NCBI GenBank assembly: GCA_964016885.1
Contig: OZ024750.1
Location: 21,824,001-21,888,000 of the forward strand
Reading direction: 5' to 3'
DNA: 64,000 bases
From: Eledone cirrhosa
Lineage: Eukaryota
The notes beneath the pieces were generated by a model, which saw only the letters and a list, made by a program, of their open reading frames with translations, was not told the origin of the DNA and searched no databases. This document shows positions 60,450-64,000 of this stretch, one piece after another (the first letter of the stretch is position 1; every line of letters starts with the position of its first letter). A program made the position numbers and the translations under genes.

Positions 60450-61360
60450 GGCACGAGCATACAAATGCATCGTTTCCTCGTCAGCTACCTTCTTGTCAGT
60501 GCAGTTTCACGCAGTTAAGGTGTACTGCATATGTAATGTATGTGAAATGATAATAAAACAAAAATAATAGATAGTAAAAACTTACATGTGTCGTTCGAAC
60601 ATAGGGAATATTTACTAAGAAAGAACTGAATAGACAATGGATTGCGCATGTAAATAAGCTAGAATTGAGCTTAGCGAGAAGCTAGTATACAATTATCAGT
60701 CTGACACCATAACCTTGTTTAATGAATCATTGAACATATACGTAGTCCCTAATATAGACAGGAAAATGTTTTCTCACCGACACATGAAGGCATCAATAAC
60801 ATCACGGTCGGCTATTTCTGTCTGGAGAGAACAGTTTCCCATATCACACGCTATAATTGGTAACACTAGGACTGCACTACAATAGTATCTATAACACTCT
60901 CGAGCGGTATTGATAGTAATCACACAGACCTCACAAGTAATACATTCAAAGACCGTTATTAACATCATCTACATGCATTGAGCTCAATGTCGCAATTTTT
61001 CTGGAAATTCAGGGGCCGTGAATTGGAACGAACTTCAATAATATATATCATTGTTGACAAAGTTACACTATACTTCAGGATCATGCAAGTGCAGATTATA
61101 TCTGACTAACTAATCGAAATTTCTGGCCTTGCACCTATGTTAGAAACAATTATTCTTATTGTAACTATTATTATTGTTGTTTTTAGGATTATTACCAACA
61201 GTAATGGAATCAGTAGAGCTACGAATGAAATTCTAAGCAGAATTTAGTCATGTCGCTAAGCTCGTGTTTTAAATCTCACCAAAGTCGACTTTCCATTTCA
61301 CTCCCTCTGGGCTTGGTGAAATAAGTATCGGTGAAGTCGGTATATATTCGACTGCACGTA

Positions 61361-61407
<47 letters not shown>

Positions 61408-64000
61408 CACACATACACACACAACTCTGTCCACCAACTATTTGATCTTTGGCTAAATGTTACAAATCATTATATTTTGCTAGTGTTGTTTTTATCATTG
61501 TTGTTAGAACATCAGAATTGGTAGAGCGCTGGATGGAATTCCTAATATTATTTAATTACAGCTAATTATTTTCTGAGTTCAAATCCTGATCAAGTCGGCA
61601 TTGTCTTCAAGAACGATAAAATAGGCACCAACCAAGAACTTGGATCATTGGAATCAACAGCATCCTCCATCAAAGTTTGTGACAATATGAGAAATATTGT
61701 TGTTGTTGTTGTTGTTGTTACTGCTGTTGCAGTTTAGCGTTGTTGTTATATCTGCTGGATGCGTTAAAATTATATCTACGGATGCGTTAAAATATCCTCC
61801 GATGATTTTGAATATTTTACCAAGTATAGCTGAAGGAAAATGTTTCCTTCTCGATAATCTACAGCAAGAAATCTACTGGAACGCGTTGGACACACCCACC
61901 CACCCACCCACCCCCCCACCCCCCCCAAAATACTATGCTAGTCTGTCACAGATTTTACTATAAGGTCTGTCACAGATTTTGACATAATTATATATTTCTC
62001 TATTTTTGTTTACATCCACCTCAAAACGCCGTAGTTATAGAAAAAATAAACAAAAGGAGTAAAAGAAGAACCAATTCCAATTCACAGCAAAGATACATAA
62101 ATTTTACTTGAAAATTAATCATATCTTAACATTTAAATACGTCAGTTTGAATAATCTGTTTTAATGTCAACAATACCCATACACATCTTTTTCTATACGA
62201 AAAAAAGAACAAGAGCATTTTAATGAACGATAGTTTAATGCTGAGCAAAACAGAGGACACTAACATTTCGTCATTTGTGATCTTTCTGGCCGGGCGAACA
62301 CGAGGTACAGAAAGGAAGATAATGGTATACAAAGCAACAACAGGCCACTAATTAAGAATCCAAAATAAGCAGAAGGCATTGCCTCGTCCTCAGTCCCAGA
62401 AGCCAAGGATCAGAGACTCCACGCTCCTGTCAGTATCGATAATACAACCCATCGGTTGACAACGAGGATGAAGAGATGTACAGTTATTAGGGTTGGGATA
62501 TTGTCGAAGACAAATGAAATTAATAGAAGACAAAGGAAACACCACGTGAAGGTGAGTAGAACATAAATGGAATAGTCCTACTCTTGGAAACGTACGAAGC
62601 TTACATTGTCTGCCTCCAATGGCAAACTATTAACTGATAGACGTTCTAAATCATTTGTTACAACCTCTAGGAAAGGATCAAGTGCATATTTACAAAGAGA
62701 TATACTCCGATTATGTGTTGAATGCGAGAGATATATTGCTAGTGAAAGCCACCTTATAGGGTTACGTACCTTAGCCACCAGGAGACCATGAGCCCTTTCT
62801 CATCGACTCCGATGTCCAATCTTCTCGTGTGCATTTTCAGGGCGGTTAGCAGTACCTGAATGTGAGGTACGTGTCCAGGGTCGTGTGACAGGTCTACACA
62901 CGTGTGGGTTGGTTTTATTTGTTCCATTTTTTTTATTAAACCTCTCTTAAATATAAGGTGTATTTATATATTCCTTTAATTATTTTGTATCATTAAAAAC
63001 AAACATACATCTCAATATACTGTACAAAGATTTTGGGGCCCCTCCTCTTTTTTATATAACTTTTCTGCCTATCCACATGTTTTTTTTTTATAATATAACA
63101 TCTTTCTAACACGTTTTTGTATGTATGAATGGGCAAAATAAAAGAAAACATTGTTATTATTATTATTATTATTCTTGGAGTCTCAGTCATTGATGTTATT
63201 TAACTGGAAAGTTTGTTCAAATGAACATCAAGCAGCCTACCTGTAGCCTCAGATATTCAGGAGGTGTCGGAGGGTTCTTGCTGTTCCCAGCAAGCATGCC
63301 TTTTAAAGTGTTCCAAAAAAGGGGGCTAGACTAATGTTCTTTAAACATCCTTATTGTTATTATCATCATCATCATCATCATCATCATCATAAGCAGCAGC
63401 AGCAGCAGCAGCATTATTGCTATTCGGAGTGACTGAATTCCTTTAAGTGTTTAGTCTCGCTCCTTTACATTGTGTATCCAAATCCCACCGAGGTCAACTT
63501 TGCGTTTCATCCTTCTAGGGTCAATAAAATTAAGTACCAGTCAAATGTTGATTCTTTATAATTAACTGCCCTCTCTTGCGATCCCCATTTCAAATATTAT
63601 TTCTGCCTTAATCAGAAACCATTATTCAGTGTGATTAAATTAATCTCTTCCGCTTGTGTTCTAAATTCTAATTCCCTGAGTCTATGGGAAATGTACTAGG
63701 TATCACTCACTTAATATAAATTCAATTAACTACACTCTTTGGTTTCAAATATTGTCGGTTGTGCTTTGCAGAATCGGTAGAACACCATACAAAATTCTTG
63801 TTGCAATTAATTGTATTTCTTTATGCTCTGTGTTCAAATCTCGTTGGGGTGAACTTTGCTTTTCATTCTTTCAGGATCCATAAAATAAACTAGCAGTTCA
63901 AGGGAGGTGATTCGCTCATCTGGGATACCATGTGTTGTGACGCATTTTTCAATGCAAATCTTACTGCTTCGGCCATAAATGCAAGAGCCCCCGCTCGCAG

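Noticed and set aside
60580-60975. Possible highly degraded PLE thumb/GIY-YIG remnant (DLTSNTFKDRY)
   Set aside because: Only short motif-like matches across frameshifts; needs a translated search
62330-62905. GC-richer unique segment with short ORFs
   Set aside because: No recognisable domain or splice pattern; possibly an old retroelement fragment, unsupported

Overview
Eukaryotic, microsatellite-rich animal DNA. The tRNA-derived SINE family and the (AT)n/(ATGT)n load suggest an octopus (coleoid cephalopod) genome; this is inference. The only host gene I can support is the 3' end of an NMDA receptor GluN2/NR2 subunit on the + strand: three coding exons at 21761-21996, 32160-32323 and 36334-36724 with GT-AG sites and matching phases, ending in a PDZ-type ...EIESVL*. 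One intron holds a young, intact Penelope-like element (Naiad-like RT + GIY-YIG, 819 aa) with direct pLTRs, a 2.37-kb near-perfect palindrome and hammerhead ribozyme (HHR) motifs. About ten more HHR motifs and about ten short fold-back PLE-like mini-elements sit in (TA)n tracts, along with RTE, R4-type and SINE retroposons. The most striking observation is a 123-bp inverted copy of the terminal GluN2 exon in the upstream intron (35853-35975, 120/123 complementary). Its mismatches are two A:C pairs and one G:U pair, so it is a candidate newly arisen ADAR editing-complementary sequence, embedded in an HHR-bearing retroelement. Nearly all other listed ORFs are microsatellite artefacts.
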